Source: Patescibacteria group bacterium (lineage in GTDB: Bacteria > Patescibacteriota > Minisyncoccia > Moranbacterales > GWC2-37-73). Taken from it: 64,000 bases of DNA. The DNA lies in NCBI GenBank assembly GCA_036391995.1, contig DASVYU010000015.1:350-64349 (forward strand), in the 5' to 3' direction. This document shows, piece after piece, positions 18,336-27,266 of this stretch; positions within the stretch are counted from its first letter, which is position 1; every line of letters begins with the position of its first letter. The notes under the pieces are model-generated. The model was not told the DNA's origin. It searched no databases and worked only from the letters and a program-made list of their open reading frames with translations. Both the position numbers and the translations under genes were made by a program.

Positions 18336-19805
18336 TTAAGAAAGCTTTTTTCTGAGCATTTCCATCACCACTCCCGGATTAGCCTTACCTTGCGTCTGCT
18401 TCATGACCTGCCCCATCAGGAACTGCAGCGCGTTCTGCTTGCCGGCTTTGAAGTCCGCCACGGACTGTTCATTGGCAGAAAGCACGCTGTCCACAGCTTC
18501 TTCCAAAGCGCCGGTGTCGCTCATCTGTCCCAAGTTCTTTTCCTCCACAATCTGCGAAGGGTCGCCACCCGTGTGATACATTTCCTTGAGTACCACCTGC
18601 GCCGCACTGGAATTGATTTTGCCATCCGCCACCATACCAATGAGCTCAGCATAATTTTCCGCGTTGATCTTGAGATCACGCACATCATGCTTGTTTTCCA
18701 TCAAATGCTTCCTAAGTTCTGAAATGATATAATTCACGGCCAGCTTGATCACTTTCTCCTTGAATGCTTCAATCTCATGCGAAGCGATCTTTTCTTCGAT
18801 CTCACTCAGCACGCTTTCAAAATAATCTGCCAGATCTTTCTGTGCAGTCAACACGGAAACTTCCTGGGCGTTTAGTCCATATTGATCAGCAAATCTCTTT
18901 TCCTTTTCAGCTGGCAGTTCAGGCAAGCGCAACCTCAATTCTTCGACATATTCCTTGGTAAATTCCATTGGCGGAATGTCAGGTTCTGGGAAATAGCGAT
19001 AGTCATGCGCAGACTCTTTCTTTCTTTGCGAGACAGTTACATTCTTGACGCTGTCCCATCCGCGTGTTTCCTGCACGATCTCTTCACCATTGTCCAAAGC
19101 AGCAGTCTGCCTTTCAATTTCATAGTTGATGGCTTTCTCTACGAAGCGGAAAGAGTTGATGTTCTTTACTTCTACCTTGGTGCCGGAAAGTTTTTCTTCG
19201 CCCTCTTTGTGCAGTGAAAGATTCACTTCGCATCTCATGTTGCCTTTTTCCATGTCCGCATCGGAAATTCCCAGATAGCGACAGATCTGCTGCAAGCGCG
19301 TACAAAATTCACGGGCTTCTTCTCCGGTTTCAATGTCAGGCTCAGTGACCAGTTCCATGAGCGGCACACCGGCGCGGTTATAGTCCACCAGGGTGTAGTC
19401 AGCGCCTTCTGGATGAATAAGCTTGCCAGTATCCTCCTCCATGTGAATGCGAGTAATACCTATCCTTTTGCCATTGATGTCAATGTGTCCCAGTCCGCAT
19501 AGTGGCTGATCGTATTGCGAGATCTGATAGCCTTTCGGAAGATCGGGATAGAAATAGTTCTTGCGGTCGAATTTGGATTTGAGATTCAATTCGCAATTAA
19601 GAGCCAATCCTGCAAGCTGCACGAATTCGATCGCTTGGCGATTAGGCACCGGCAATGTGCCTGGCTGGCCAGTACAGACGGGACAGATATGGATGTTCGG
19701 TTCCTTTTCTTGTCCGAGACCGTTTTTGGAATTACAAAACATCTTGGAATGCGTCTTGAGCTCCACATGGATTTCCATGCCGATGACTGGGATATATTTT
19801 GCCAT
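18336..19805 (-). CDS. gatB: aspartyl/glutamyl-tRNA(Asn/Gln) amidotransferase subunit B
   Basis: 489 aa. MAKYIPVIGMEIHVELKT ... and a C-terminal YqeY-like domain. Confidence 0.9.
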   Translation of the reverse strand: MAKYIPVIGMEIHVELKTHSKMFCNSKNGLGQEKEPNIHICPVCTGQPGTLPVPNRQAIEFVQLAGLALNCELNLKSKFDRKNYFYPDLPKGYQISQYDQPLCGLGHIDINGKRIGITRIHMEEDTGKLIHPEGADYTLVDYNRAGVPLMELVTEPDIETGEEAREFCTRLQQICRYLGISDADMEKGNMRCEVNLSLHKEGEEKLSGTKVEVKNINSFRFVEKAINYEIERQTAALDNGEEIVQETRGWDSVKNVTVSQRKKESAHDYRYFPEPDIPPMEFTKEYVEELRLRLPELPAEKEKRFADQYGLNAQEVSVLTAQKDLADYFESVLSEIEEKIASHEIEAFKEKVIKLAVNYIISELRKHLMENKHDVRDLKINAENYAELIGMVADGKINSSAAQVVLKEMYHTGGDPSQIVEEKNLGQMSDTGALEEAVDSVLSANEQSVADFKAGKQNALQFLMGQVMKQTQGKANPGVVMEMLRKKLS

Positions 19806-19823
19806 AATTTTGAAATATTAAAC

Positions 19824-20435
19824 TTATTTTTTCTTCTTGACCTTTTTCCAATCTCCTTGATTAAATCTATTTCTTCCTAAAACGTGCCAGTCATGAACAT
19901 CGGACTTAGCAATCAAGCTCCAATATTTTTTTGCAGTTTCTGTATAAAGTTTCGGTTTAACAAGAACTTCTCTTGGTTTTATAAACTTATCAGAAATAGT
20001 TTGAATCCGCTGTTCCATGAGTTCAAGATTTACATCCAGATTATCAGCATCTTTTACGAGTTTTGCTTCGATTGATTCTCTTTTTTCATATTCTTTCCAA
20101 ACTTTAAGGAAATCTTCTTCCAAAACCGTACTTTCCAACATATCCCTTATAGCGAGCTCTTCTTTTAAATCAGCATATTGTCTTGAGATGTAATCCACCT
20201 CTCCAGTTCTGCTTTCTGTGATATCGTGAACAAGAGCCATCTTTAAAACTTTTTCTTCGTCTTTAACGCCTTCTTTCTTTGCAATAGCTAGAGCAATCCA
20301 AATAACTCTTAAAGTATGTTCAGCAACATTGGATGTTTCCGATTGAAAAAATCTTCTCCACATTCTGTTAATTAGACGAAGTTGGCCTATTTCATAGAAA
20401 AATTCAATATCTCTTTTTTCTTGTATTTTTTTCAT
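19824..20435 (-). CDS. HD-domain phosphohydrolase (YfbR-like 5'-deoxynucleotidase family)
   Basis: 203 aa. H..RV ... HDITE HD motif (AEHTLRVIWIALAIA ... LVHDITESRTGE). Confidence 0.7.
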   Translation of the reverse strand: MKKIQEKRDIEFFYEIGQLRLINRMWRRFFQSETSNVAEHTLRVIWIALAIAKKEGVKDEEKVLKMALVHDITESRTGEVDYISRQYADLKEELAIRDMLESTVLEEDFLKVWKEYEKRESIEAKLVKDADNLDVNLELMEQRIQTISDKFIKPREVLVKPKLYTETAKKYWSLIAKSDVHDWHVLGRNRFNQGDWKKVKKKK

Positions 20436-20439
20436 AGCG

Positions 20440-20925
20440 CTATTTTTCCAATTCTAAAAATGTATATTCAAAATTTTCGTCACTGCTTTTTCTTTCTGAA
20501 ACCACTTTGGTGAATTCTCCATATTCCGGAAAAAATGTGTCGGCATCAAAATCCTTTTCCACCACAGTAAGATATAGCTTATCAGCCATGCCGATCGTCT
20601 GCGCATACACACTGCCGCCACCACAGATAAAGATCTCTTCTTTTTCAATCTCCTTGGCTTTGGCAAAAACCTCCTCGAATGTGTGCGCCACAATCACCCC
20701 TTCCACCTGGAAAGCAGGATCATTGGTCAAGACTATGGTTGTGCGATTCGGCAAAGGCTTGCCGATGGATTCATATGTCTTCTGTCCCATGACGATCACA
20801 TGTCCAGACGTGGTCTCTTTGAAGTGCTTGAAATCCTCTGGGATATGCCATAGCAACTGGTTGTTTTTGCCTATCGCCCTGTTTCTGGCGATGGCGCAAA
20901 TGATGCTTATTTTAGGGGTATTCAT
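20440..20925 (-). CDS. folA: dihydrofolate reductase
   Basis: 161 aa. ISIICAIARNRAIGKNNQLLWHIPEDFKHFKETTSGHVIVMGQKTYESIG. Confidence 0.9.
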   Translation of the reverse strand: MNTPKISIICAIARNRAIGKNNQLLWHIPEDFKHFKETTSGHVIVMGQKTYESIGKPLPNRTTIVLTNDPAFQVEGVIVAHTFEEVFAKAKEIEKEEIFICGGGSVYAQTIGMADKLYLTVVEKDFDADTFFPEYGEFTKVVSERKSSDENFEYTFLELEK

Positions 20926-21090
20926 GTTTTTTTGCCTTGCCTCGCCAAAGTCGCATGCGACGACGGCGGGATTTTCCTTGTGTTTTCCATGATATCATAC
21001 AAAAACCAGCATGGCAAAAGCGTTTTTGGCTTATCCACTGGCTAAAATAACAAGTATTTTGTATAATGGCCATACTTAAGACAAACCCTT

Positions 21091-21675
21091 ATGGATATTG
21101 AAATAACAAGCCTTATCGGCAGCGGACAGCTCATACCCTCAGATGACATAGGTAGGGTCGCAACGCTTCTCAAAGAAAATGGCCACAAAGTCGTCCTGAC
21201 GCAAGGAGTGTGGGATCTTATCCATGAAGGACATGCTCAATATCTTCAAAAAGCCAAGGCTCTCGGTGATGTCCTGATCGTAGGCGTCGACACGGATGAA
21301 GTCGTGAAATTCCGCAAGGGTCCTTCACGCCCGATCGTGCCAGAGCAAGAAAGGGTCAAAATGATTTCCCATTTGAAGCATGTCGACTTGATCGTCATGA
21401 AAGAATCCAAAACAGATCACGGTAAGCTTATCAGAGATATCCAACCCGACGTATTAGTGATTTCAGAATCAACTCCTCCCAACGTGAATGGCAAAAGCTT
21501 TCTTGAGGAGATATGCGAGGAGCACACCCCTTTCTGTAAGCAGATCGTCAACATGGAACCGCAATCGACGACTTCAACCACTGCACGCATCAGACTCCTG
21601 ACAATAAAAGGAGCTGAAGACTTAGCCAAGGAATTGCAGGAGGTTATAGCAAAATTCCTGTATAACAAAAAATAA
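21091..21675 (+). CDS. HIGH-motif cytidylyltransferase-like nucleotidyltransferase
   Basis: 194 aa. VVLTQGVWDLIHEGHAQYLQKAKALGDVLIVGVDTD is the (H/T)xGH nucleotidyltransferase fold. Confidence 0.6.
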   Translation: MDIEITSLIGSGQLIPSDDIGRVATLLKENGHKVVLTQGVWDLIHEGHAQYLQKAKALGDVLIVGVDTDEVVKFRKGPSRPIVPEQERVKMISHLKHVDLIVMKESKTDHGKLIRDIQPDVLVISESTPPNVNGKSFLEEICEEHTPFCKQIVNMEPQSTTSTTARIRLLTIKGAEDLAKELQEVIAKFLYNKK

Positions 21676-21690
21676 ATATTGCTCAAATAA

Positions 21691-22539
21691 ATGGCTGAAA
21701 AGAAGATACTCATAGCATTGGTTCCCGTCATTCATATCAGATATCTGGAATTATTCAAGAAATATCCGGATCATCTTTATATCCTAGACAATTCAATCTT
21801 GGAAAAATGGGAGCGCTTTGAAAATCTAAAAAGAGATCTGCGCACCATCAACCAGAATACTATTTGCAACCTCATCAAGAAATCTGGCATTTTCAAGGAA
21901 GTCGATCTTCTAACAGTCGACAGTCTGTCGGATATAGAAAAAGATGCTTCAATCGTCATGCCAGATGAGGATGTGTCACATTGGTTTGCGGAAAAATTCC
22001 TACCTGGCAGAAAAGTAGAATTTGAAAACGTATTCCTCAGATGGAATAAGCCTGTGTCTACTCAAGAACTGGAGGTTTCCAACGACAGGACAATCACAAG
22101 CGAAAAAGCCCATCAGGAACTAATCAATCAAGCCAAGGAGCTGCAAGAAAAAAGCGCCAATTGGTGGAGGCAGATCGGCACACTTGTCACAGACAATGAA
22201 GGTTCAGTGATTCTTTCAGCATTCAATAGACACGTACCAACACAAGAAAATATGGCGGTTTATGGAGACCTCAGGATGTGCTTTGATGCCGGCGAAAACC
22301 ATCATTTGTCTAATTCCATCCATGCCGAAGCATCCCTGATTGGAAAAGCTGCCAAAGAAGGAATCAGCCTCAACAACACAAATCTATACGTCACCACATT
22401 CCCCTGCCCAACTTGTGCCAAATTGATCGCAGAAGCAGGCATCAAGAAAGTATACTACGAAAGCGGCTATTCCCTTTCAGATGCGGAAGATGTCCTTAAG
22501 AATGCAGGGGTTGAATTTATTTTAGTTAAAGAAGCTTAA
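21691..22539 (+). CDS. dCMP deaminase-like protein (CDA-fold zinc deaminase) with about 140-aa N-terminal extension of unknown function
   Basis: 282 aa. C-terminus HAEASLIGKAAKEG ... LYVTTFPCPTCAKLIAEAGIKKVYY has the H(A)E/PCxxC zinc motifs of ComEB-type dCMP deaminase. Confidence 0.7.
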   Translation: MAEKKILIALVPVIHIRYLELFKKYPDHLYILDNSILEKWERFENLKRDLRTINQNTICNLIKKSGIFKEVDLLTVDSLSDIEKDASIVMPDEDVSHWFAEKFLPGRKVEFENVFLRWNKPVSTQELEVSNDRTITSEKAHQELINQAKELQEKSANWWRQIGTLVTDNEGSVILSAFNRHVPTQENMAVYGDLRMCFDAGENHHLSNSIHAEASLIGKAAKEGISLNNTNLYVTTFPCPTCAKLIAEAGIKKVYYESGYSLSDAEDVLKNAGVEFILVKEA

Positions 22540-22562
22540 CTTATATTAATTTACTTAAATAA

Positions 22563-22600
22563 AAAGAGCCCGTAAATCATAAGAGATTTCGGGCTCATTA
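22563..22600. terminator. bidirectional terminator hairpin between convergent genes
   Basis: gagcccg-(17 nt)-cgggctc, preceded by aaataaaaa. Confidence 0.35.
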
Positions 22601-22619
22601 AGTCAGGATTTATATTTCC

Positions 22620-23072
22620 TTAACCGACTCTTGTAAGCACAATTCCTTCATCACTAGCGACAATCAGCTGCGCATGCAGATGCTGCACTGTTGCGCCAGT
22701 CTTGCCGGTGCTGTCCGAGCGCATCAGCAATGTACTGTGAGTTATTCCCAGCTCTTGCTTCACTTTTTTAATGACATCCCAAAGATTCACAATTTCCTCT
22801 TGTGTCATTTCTTCAGGTGTCAGGATATGACGCTTGATAACCAAAACAAGATGCTCTTTAGTGTTGTCATACGGCCAAGCATTCCGAGTCGCGATCCAAG
22901 AATCATTTTCCACCAGTATCGGGTTGGAATGATAGGCTGGCTCTATTTTTTCAACAAAATCATGACAAAACGGACACACTCCGTCCGTGATGATTTTCTT
23001 CATCACATCAATCTGCTCCTCTTTGCGAGCATTGCTTAAATCCAGTCCGCTTTCATTCATATCTTCCCTCAT
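22620..23072 (-). CDS. HIT-family (histidine triad) nucleotide hydrolase
   Basis: 150 aa. CPFC zinc motif and histidine triad VQHLHAQLI. Confidence 0.75.
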   Translation of the reverse strand: MREDMNESGLDLSNARKEEQIDVMKKIITDGVCPFCHDFVEKIEPAYHSNPILVENDSWIATRNAWPYDNTKEHLVLVIKRHILTPEEMTQEEIVNLWDVIKKVKQELGITHSTLLMRSDSTGKTGATVQHLHAQLIVASDEGIVLTRVG

Positions 23073-23078
23073 ATATTT

Positions 23079-24059
23079 TTATATTGGAGTTGGAATTTTA
23101 AACCAAGGCTCTGTCGGCTGATAATCTTCCAGCACGAAATCTTCCTTGCGGAAATCCTGGATCCTTGTCACTTCCCTATTCGGCTTCAGTTTCACTGTCG
23201 GAAATGCAGTCGGCTTTATGGACAAAATCTTATCTACTGATTCAGTCTGGACATCGTAATAGTGAGGGTTTGAAATAAAGTGCGTATATTTCGTAAATTT
23301 GTAACCCAGAAGATGTGCCACCATCAAACCAAGCGCAGACCATTCAATCAGATTCAGCTGCAAGCCGACTGGCACATCAGCCGAGCGCTGGGTATGCGTC
23401 ATTTCCAATTCTTTCTGCTTGTCAAAAAGCACGAAGTGCACGAAATTGCCATGGCAAGGCGCAACAACCACTTCTCGCTCGAATCCTTGTTCGGGATCAC
23501 CCATGGAAAGCGGCGGATTCCAAGTAGTCAGCACATGGGTGCGCAAGAATGGAGCTTTTTCCATTTGCCTCTGCACAGCAGTTACTTGATCGAATTCACC
23601 TTGAGATGTTTGAAAATGACCAAGGGAGCCACCGTAAGATCCATTACCCAAATCTCCTTCTTCCAAACCGAAGTTCGCACACTTCTCTTTCGTGACCCAA
23701 TCTTTCCAGAAAATTGATGGGCAGCCAAATTCCTTAAGGCCGCTCAAAGTGCTTTGTCCATTCAGAAATGCCACCAGTTCACCAATAGCTCCGTAGAATG
23801 ACTTGCTCAAATCTCGCTCAGTCAGAACAGGAAAGCCGTTGCTCATGTCATATTGCAGCATGTATCCCGTGATTTCTTTGGAATTCTGATGACCAGAATT
23901 AGCGTTCTCACTAAGCCTGGCGTGTATAGGCATTTTGTCTTTTCCTGTTGTCTTTATTTTTTTAAGTAACTCTTGATACTGGAAATCAGGAATTCTCTGC
24001 TCAAATGGCAAATAGTCAATGCCGCCCTCTGTTTTATTTTCAATTTCCCTGTTTTCCAT
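23079..24059 (-). CDS. thyA: thymidylate synthase (ThyA family), divergent with N-terminal extension/insertion
   Basis: 326 aa. DQVTAVQRQ...THVLTTWN, catalytic VVAPCHGNFVHFV, QRSADVPVGLQLNLIEWSALG (Asn retained) and HYYD all align to canonical ThyA blocks. Confidence 0.8.
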   Translation of the reverse strand: MENREIENKTEGGIDYLPFEQRIPDFQYQELLKKIKTTGKDKMPIHARLSENANSGHQNSKEITGYMLQYDMSNGFPVLTERDLSKSFYGAIGELVAFLNGQSTLSGLKEFGCPSIFWKDWVTKEKCANFGLEEGDLGNGSYGGSLGHFQTSQGEFDQVTAVQRQMEKAPFLRTHVLTTWNPPLSMGDPEQGFEREVVVAPCHGNFVHFVLFDKQKELEMTHTQRSADVPVGLQLNLIEWSALGLMVAHLLGYKFTKYTHFISNPHYYDVQTESVDKILSIKPTAFPTVKLKPNREVTRIQDFRKEDFVLEDYQPTEPWFKIPTPI

Positions 24060-24085
24060 ATTTTTCTCCTTTGTTTTTTAGCAAA

Positions 24086-24637
24086 TTATATATTCTGACT
24101 TATAATTTTGTCAATCTGCTCATACAACTCAGCATAAGTGCCGTTGTTGTCCAAAACATAGTCGGCATAATTCCTCAAATCAGGAATGGTCAATTCGGTT
24201 TCATATTGATGAGATGCCTTGAACTGATCAAATGTCATTAAGCCATCATTTGCCTTTTCCCTTCTTTCACTAACACGCTCATACCGCAGTTTCATATCGG
24301 CATCCACAAAAGCAAATTTGAATTCAGGAACTTGTCTCAAGAATGTCATGTCTTCAATTCGTCTGATGCCTTGCACAACCACGATATCAGCAGTATCCTC
24401 AACGGAATCGTGATACATGACTTTCGCCAGAATATCTTCCCCAAAATTCTTCCTAAGAGCAAAGGAAAGCGGCGTAAGATTCTCACGCGTTTTCTCAAGA
24501 TAAAGACGCTCTAAGATATCGCTCAATATCTGTGAAAAATTATGCGAGTGCGCACCATAAGTATTGACCAGATGTTTAGAGATAGCTTCCTTGCCACTTC
24601 CCATCTCTCCTGCAATTCCCAAAATAAGTTTCGCCAT
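24086..24637 (-). CDS. P-loop nucleotide kinase (dNMP kinase / CoaE-like)
   Basis: 183 aa. Walker A ILGIAGEMGSGKEAISKHL and overall similarity to phage-type deoxynucleotide monophosphate kinases. Confidence 0.5.
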   Translation of the reverse strand: MAKLILGIAGEMGSGKEAISKHLVNTYGAHSHNFSQILSDILERLYLEKTRENLTPLSFALRKNFGEDILAKVMYHDSVEDTADIVVVQGIRRIEDMTFLRQVPEFKFAFVDADMKLRYERVSERREKANDGLMTFDQFKASHQYETELTIPDLRNYADYVLDNNGTYAELYEQIDKIISQNI

Positions 24638-24717
24638 ATTGACTAGAAGTTATTACTAAGTACTCCCATTGTACACATCAAAATACATCGAGTCAAAGCC
24701 AAATTAGACCACAAAAA

Positions 24718-24745
24718 AGACGCCACGCAAGGCGTCTTTGGAAGT
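24718..24745 (-). terminator. intrinsic terminator after rplA
   Basis: On the minus strand: agacgccttgcgtggcgtcttttttgtgg. Confidence 0.6.
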
Positions 24746-24763
24746 CTTGAAACTAATTTGCAA

Positions 24764-25459
24764 CTAGAGCTGCACTTTAATGGAAGGTCCCATTGTGGAG
24801 CAGACAGCGATCATAGTCACATATTTGCCTTTAGCTCCAGCTGGCTTGGCTTTCTGAAGAGCATCCATGAAAGCTTCGTAGTTTTCCTTGAGCTTGGCGG
24901 CATCAAAAGAAACTTTGCCGATTACTTGATGCACATTAGCCGTATTGTCATTCTTGAAGCTCATTTTGCCTTTCTTAAGCATCTCCACAGCCTCCTTGAT
25001 TTTGTCAGTCACTGTGTCAGTCTTAGGGCTTGGCATGAGTCCACGGGGTCCAAGGATTTTGGCCACCTGCGCCAATTTAGGCATCATTTCAGGCGAAGCC
25101 ACCAAAACATCAAAAGCTTCCGCTTTGCCATTTTTAATCTTTTCAATAAGTTCCTCTCCTCCTACGATGTCAGCTCCTGCATCCTGTGCATCCTTGGTTT
25201 TGCTTGAAGTCACAACTGCGATCTTTACAGCTTTACCAACTCCATGAGGCAAAACGACTGATCCACGAACTTGCTGATCGCCTTGCTTTGGATCGATAGC
25301 CAATTTTACATGCACTTCAACTGATTCATCAAACTTGGCGATTTTTGATTCGCGCACGAGCTGCATAGCCTCTTCAGCGCTGTACAACTTGTTGCTTTCG
25401 ATCTTTTCCGAGACTGCTCGGTACTTTTTTCCTCTCTTCATAGTTTTTGCGTGGTACAA
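24764..25459 (-). CDS. rplA: 50S ribosomal protein L1
   Basis: 231 aa. MKRGKKYRAVSEKIE ... VEVHVKLAIDPKQGDQQVRGSVVLPHGVGK. Confidence 0.9.
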   Translation of the reverse strand: MYHAKTMKRGKKYRAVSEKIESNKLYSAEEAMQLVRESKIAKFDESVEVHVKLAIDPKQGDQQVRGSVVLPHGVGKAVKIAVVTSSKTKDAQDAGADIVGGEELIEKIKNGKAEAFDVLVASPEMMPKLAQVAKILGPRGLMPSPKTDTVTDKIKEAVEMLKKGKMSFKNDNTANVHQVIGKVSFDAAKLKENYEAFMDALQKAKPAGAKGKYVTMIAVCSTMGPSIKVQL

Positions 25460-25498
25460 ACGCCCCGATCCGTCAGAGCTCCCACAAAAAATAAATTA
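25460..25498 (-). promoter_or_regulatory. possible L1 autoregulatory mRNA site in rplK-rplA spacer
   Basis: Minus-strand leader gggagcucugacggaucggggcg resembles the GGGAG...GACGG L1-binding motif shared by the 23S rRNA L1 stalk and L11-operon leaders. Confidence 0.3.
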
Positions 25499-25924
25499 TT
25501 AGTCTTCAATCTTGATTCCCATTGAACGAGCTGTTCCTGCAATGATCTGCATTGCACCTTCCACATCGTTCGCATTGAGGTCAACCATCTTAGTCTTAGC
25601 GATCTCTTCCAGTTGAGCTTTGGTCACTTTGCCAACTTTGTCCTTAAGCGGATTGGCAGCTCCTTTGCCTGCGCCTGCGGCTTTCTTCAAGAGTTCAGCG
25701 GCTGGAGCAGTTTTCATGATAAAGTCGAATGAGCGATCTTCATACACTGTGATTTCCACTGGCACTACTTCACCCATCTTGTCCTTGGTTGCATCATTGA
25801 AGCGAGTGCAGAATTCCTGGATCGCAATACCGTGCTGACCAAGCACTGGTCCTACTGGAGGCGCTGGATTAGCTTTTCCTCCCACGATCTGGAGCTTGAT
25901 GACTACTTTTATTTTCTTTGCCAT
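25499..25924 (-). CDS. rplK: 50S ribosomal protein L11
   Basis: 141 aa. [33 protein letters not shown]. Confidence 0.9.
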   Translation of the reverse strand: MAKKIKVVIKLQIVGGKANPAPPVGPVLGQHGIAIQEFCTRFNDATKDKMGEVVPVEITVYEDRSFDFIMKTAPAAELLKKAAGAGKGAANPLKDKVGKVTKAQLEEIAKTKMVDLNANDVEGAMQIIAGTARSMGIKIED

Positions 25925-26042
25925 ATTCGTCTAATAAATCTTTAATTATATTTCAGGCCGAGCCGCATGGTTTTTTGCGAGAAGCAATCAGCGAATTTCC
26001 ACATAGGCCGATTTCGCAACTCCGCGCGGTTACCATCAAAAC

Positions 26043-26588
26043 TTACATCTTTCTTATCTGCAAAAAGTCCAGTTCCACAGGCGTTTCGCGTCCGAAGATG
26101 GAAACGAGAACTTTGACTTTGCCTTTCTCTTCATCAAATTCCTGCACTTTGCCATCGAAATCTTTGAATGGTCCATCATTGATCTTGACTGAATCACCAA
26201 CCTTGAGATCAATCTTGTATTTCGGCTCAGCCACACCCATGCGCCTCTTTAGCATCTCAATCTCAGCAGGATCCACAGGAGTAGGAGTTGTTCCAAGGCC
26301 GATGAATCCGGTCACATTAGGCGTGTTGCGCACCACATACCAGGAAGCATCCGTTACCATCATATCCACCAAGACATATCCAGGATAGATCTTTTCCTCC
26401 ACAGTCGTTCTCTTGCCATTCTTGATTTTTATTTTCTTCTCAGTCGGAACCATCACATCGAAGATGAGGTCTTGCATATCCATGGATTCAATACGCTGCT
26501 TCATGTTGCGAGCAACATTGTCCTCATAGCCAGAGTAGGTGTGGATCACATACCATGCGCGTCCGTGATGTTGGGTCTGCTTAGCCAT
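26043..26588 (-). CDS. nusG: transcription termination/antitermination factor NusG
   Basis: 181 aa. NGN domain (WYVIHTYSGYE) and C-terminal KOW (VGDSVKINDGPFKDFDGKV). Confidence 0.9.
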   Translation of the reverse strand: MAKQTQHHGRAWYVIHTYSGYEDNVARNMKQRIESMDMQDLIFDVMVPTEKKIKIKNGKRTTVEEKIYPGYVLVDMMVTDASWYVVRNTPNVTGFIGLGTTPTPVDPAEIEMLKRRMGVAEPKYKIDLKVGDSVKINDGPFKDFDGKVQEFDEEKGKVKVLVSIFGRETPVELDFLQIRKM

Positions 26589-26609
26589 TTTTGTAAATAT
26601 TATTTCTAA

Positions 26610-26798
26610 TTATTTGATAATGAATGTCTTCAAAATGTAACTGAAAACATAATCCAACCCTCCCAAAAGCAATGCCATTACCACACTGACAGAAACCACC
26701 AGGATCGTATAGTTGATTGCCTGTTTTTGAGTAGGCCAATTCACTTTCATAAGTTCAGCCTTGGCTTCTTGGAAAAATGTTACCACTTTGTTGGTCAT
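26610..26798 (-). CDS. secE: preprotein translocase subunit SecE
   Basis: 62 aa with a single TM (ILVVSVSVVMALLLGGLDYV). Canonical secE-nusG-rplK-rplA order. Confidence 0.8.
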   Translation of the reverse strand: MTNKVVTFFQEAKAELMKVNWPTQKQAINYTILVVSVSVVMALLLGGLDYVFSYILKTFIIK

Positions 26799-26807
26799 AT
26801 TTTTAGG

Positions 26808-26838
26808 GTTTTTTAAAAAGCCCTGGGGGCTTTCTTAT
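26808..26838 (-). promoter_or_regulatory. leader hairpin with U-run (terminator-like) between secE promoter and secE start
   Basis: Minus strand: aaagccc-cca-gggcuuuuu, located 9 nt before the secE ATG and downstream of the TTGACA/TATATT promoter. Confidence 0.45.
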
Positions 26839-26844
26839 GGCTTA

Positions 26845-26873
26845 AATATACAGCATAGCCGGTTTTTTGTCAA
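26845..26873 (-). promoter_or_regulatory. sigma70-like promoter (TTGACA-17 bp-TATATT) for secE-nusG-rplK-rplA
   Basis: Minus strand: TTGACAaaaaaccggctatgctgTATATT. Confidence 0.55.
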
Positions 26874-26882
26874 TAATCAAAA

Positions 26883-26900
26883 AATCCCCTAACAGGGATC
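26883..26900 (-). terminator. intrinsic terminator after tRNA-Ile
   Basis: Minus strand: gatccc-tgttag-gggat-tttttt, directly 3' of tRNA-Ile. Confidence 0.55.
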
Positions 26901-26906
26901 GTTTTG

Positions 26907-26980
26907 TGGGCTTACCAAGATTCGAACTTGGGACCTCGTCATTATCAGTGACGCGCTCTAACCAACTGAGCTATAAGCCC
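26907..26980 (-). tRNA. tRNA-Ile (anticodon GAT), no encoded CCA
   Basis: gggcttatagctcagttggttagagcgcgtcaCTGATAAtgacgaggtcccaagttcgaatcttggtaagcccA. The full cloverleaf folds by hand, with discriminator A. Confidence 0.9.
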
Positions 26981-26998
26981 TTGAATGGGCACTTTTTG

Positions 26999-27071
26999 TG
27001 GACCGGACAGGACTCGAACCCGCTACCTCCTCAGTGCAAATGAGGCGCTCTACCAGGTGAGCTACCGGCCC
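26999..27071 (-). tRNA. tRNA-Ala (anticodon TGC), no encoded CCA
   Basis: gggccggtagctcacctggtagagcgcctcaTTTGCACtgaggaggtagcgggttcgagtcctgtccggtccA. The G3:U70 identity pair is present. Confidence 0.9.
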
Positions 27072-27092
27072 TTATTTGCTACAAAAACTATT

Positions 27093-27118
27093 ATACAAGA
27101 AAGAAAATATTTGTCCAT
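27093..27118 (-). promoter_or_regulatory. putative promoter (TGGACA-16 bp-TATAAT) for the tRNA-Ala/tRNA-Ile unit
   Basis: Minus strand: tGGACAaatattttctttcttgTATAATagtttttgtagcaaataa, followed by the tRNA-Ala 5' end. Confidence 0.45.
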
Positions 27119-27266
27119 ACCCGCCTAAAACTCCTCTTGACATAGGGTGTATAATAAAGACAATATCCGAGGAATGCGAGGTTCTTTCACAACCTAAAAA
27201 GGAGGTGAGATCCTATTTAACATCTTAACTTCGCATTTCCTGACTCCCTCAATACCGAGGTCCGCC

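Noticed and set aside
23079-24059. ThyA-like enzyme considered as dCMP hydroxymethylase
   Set aside because: The uracil-specifying Asn (…GLQLNLIEWS…) is retained rather than the Asp of dCMP-specific enzymes, so it is called ThyA.
27137-27155. ttgaca...tataat on plus strand
   Set aside because: The spacing is only 7 bp, so it is not a functional sigma70 promoter. The minus-strand tRNA promoter is more plausible.
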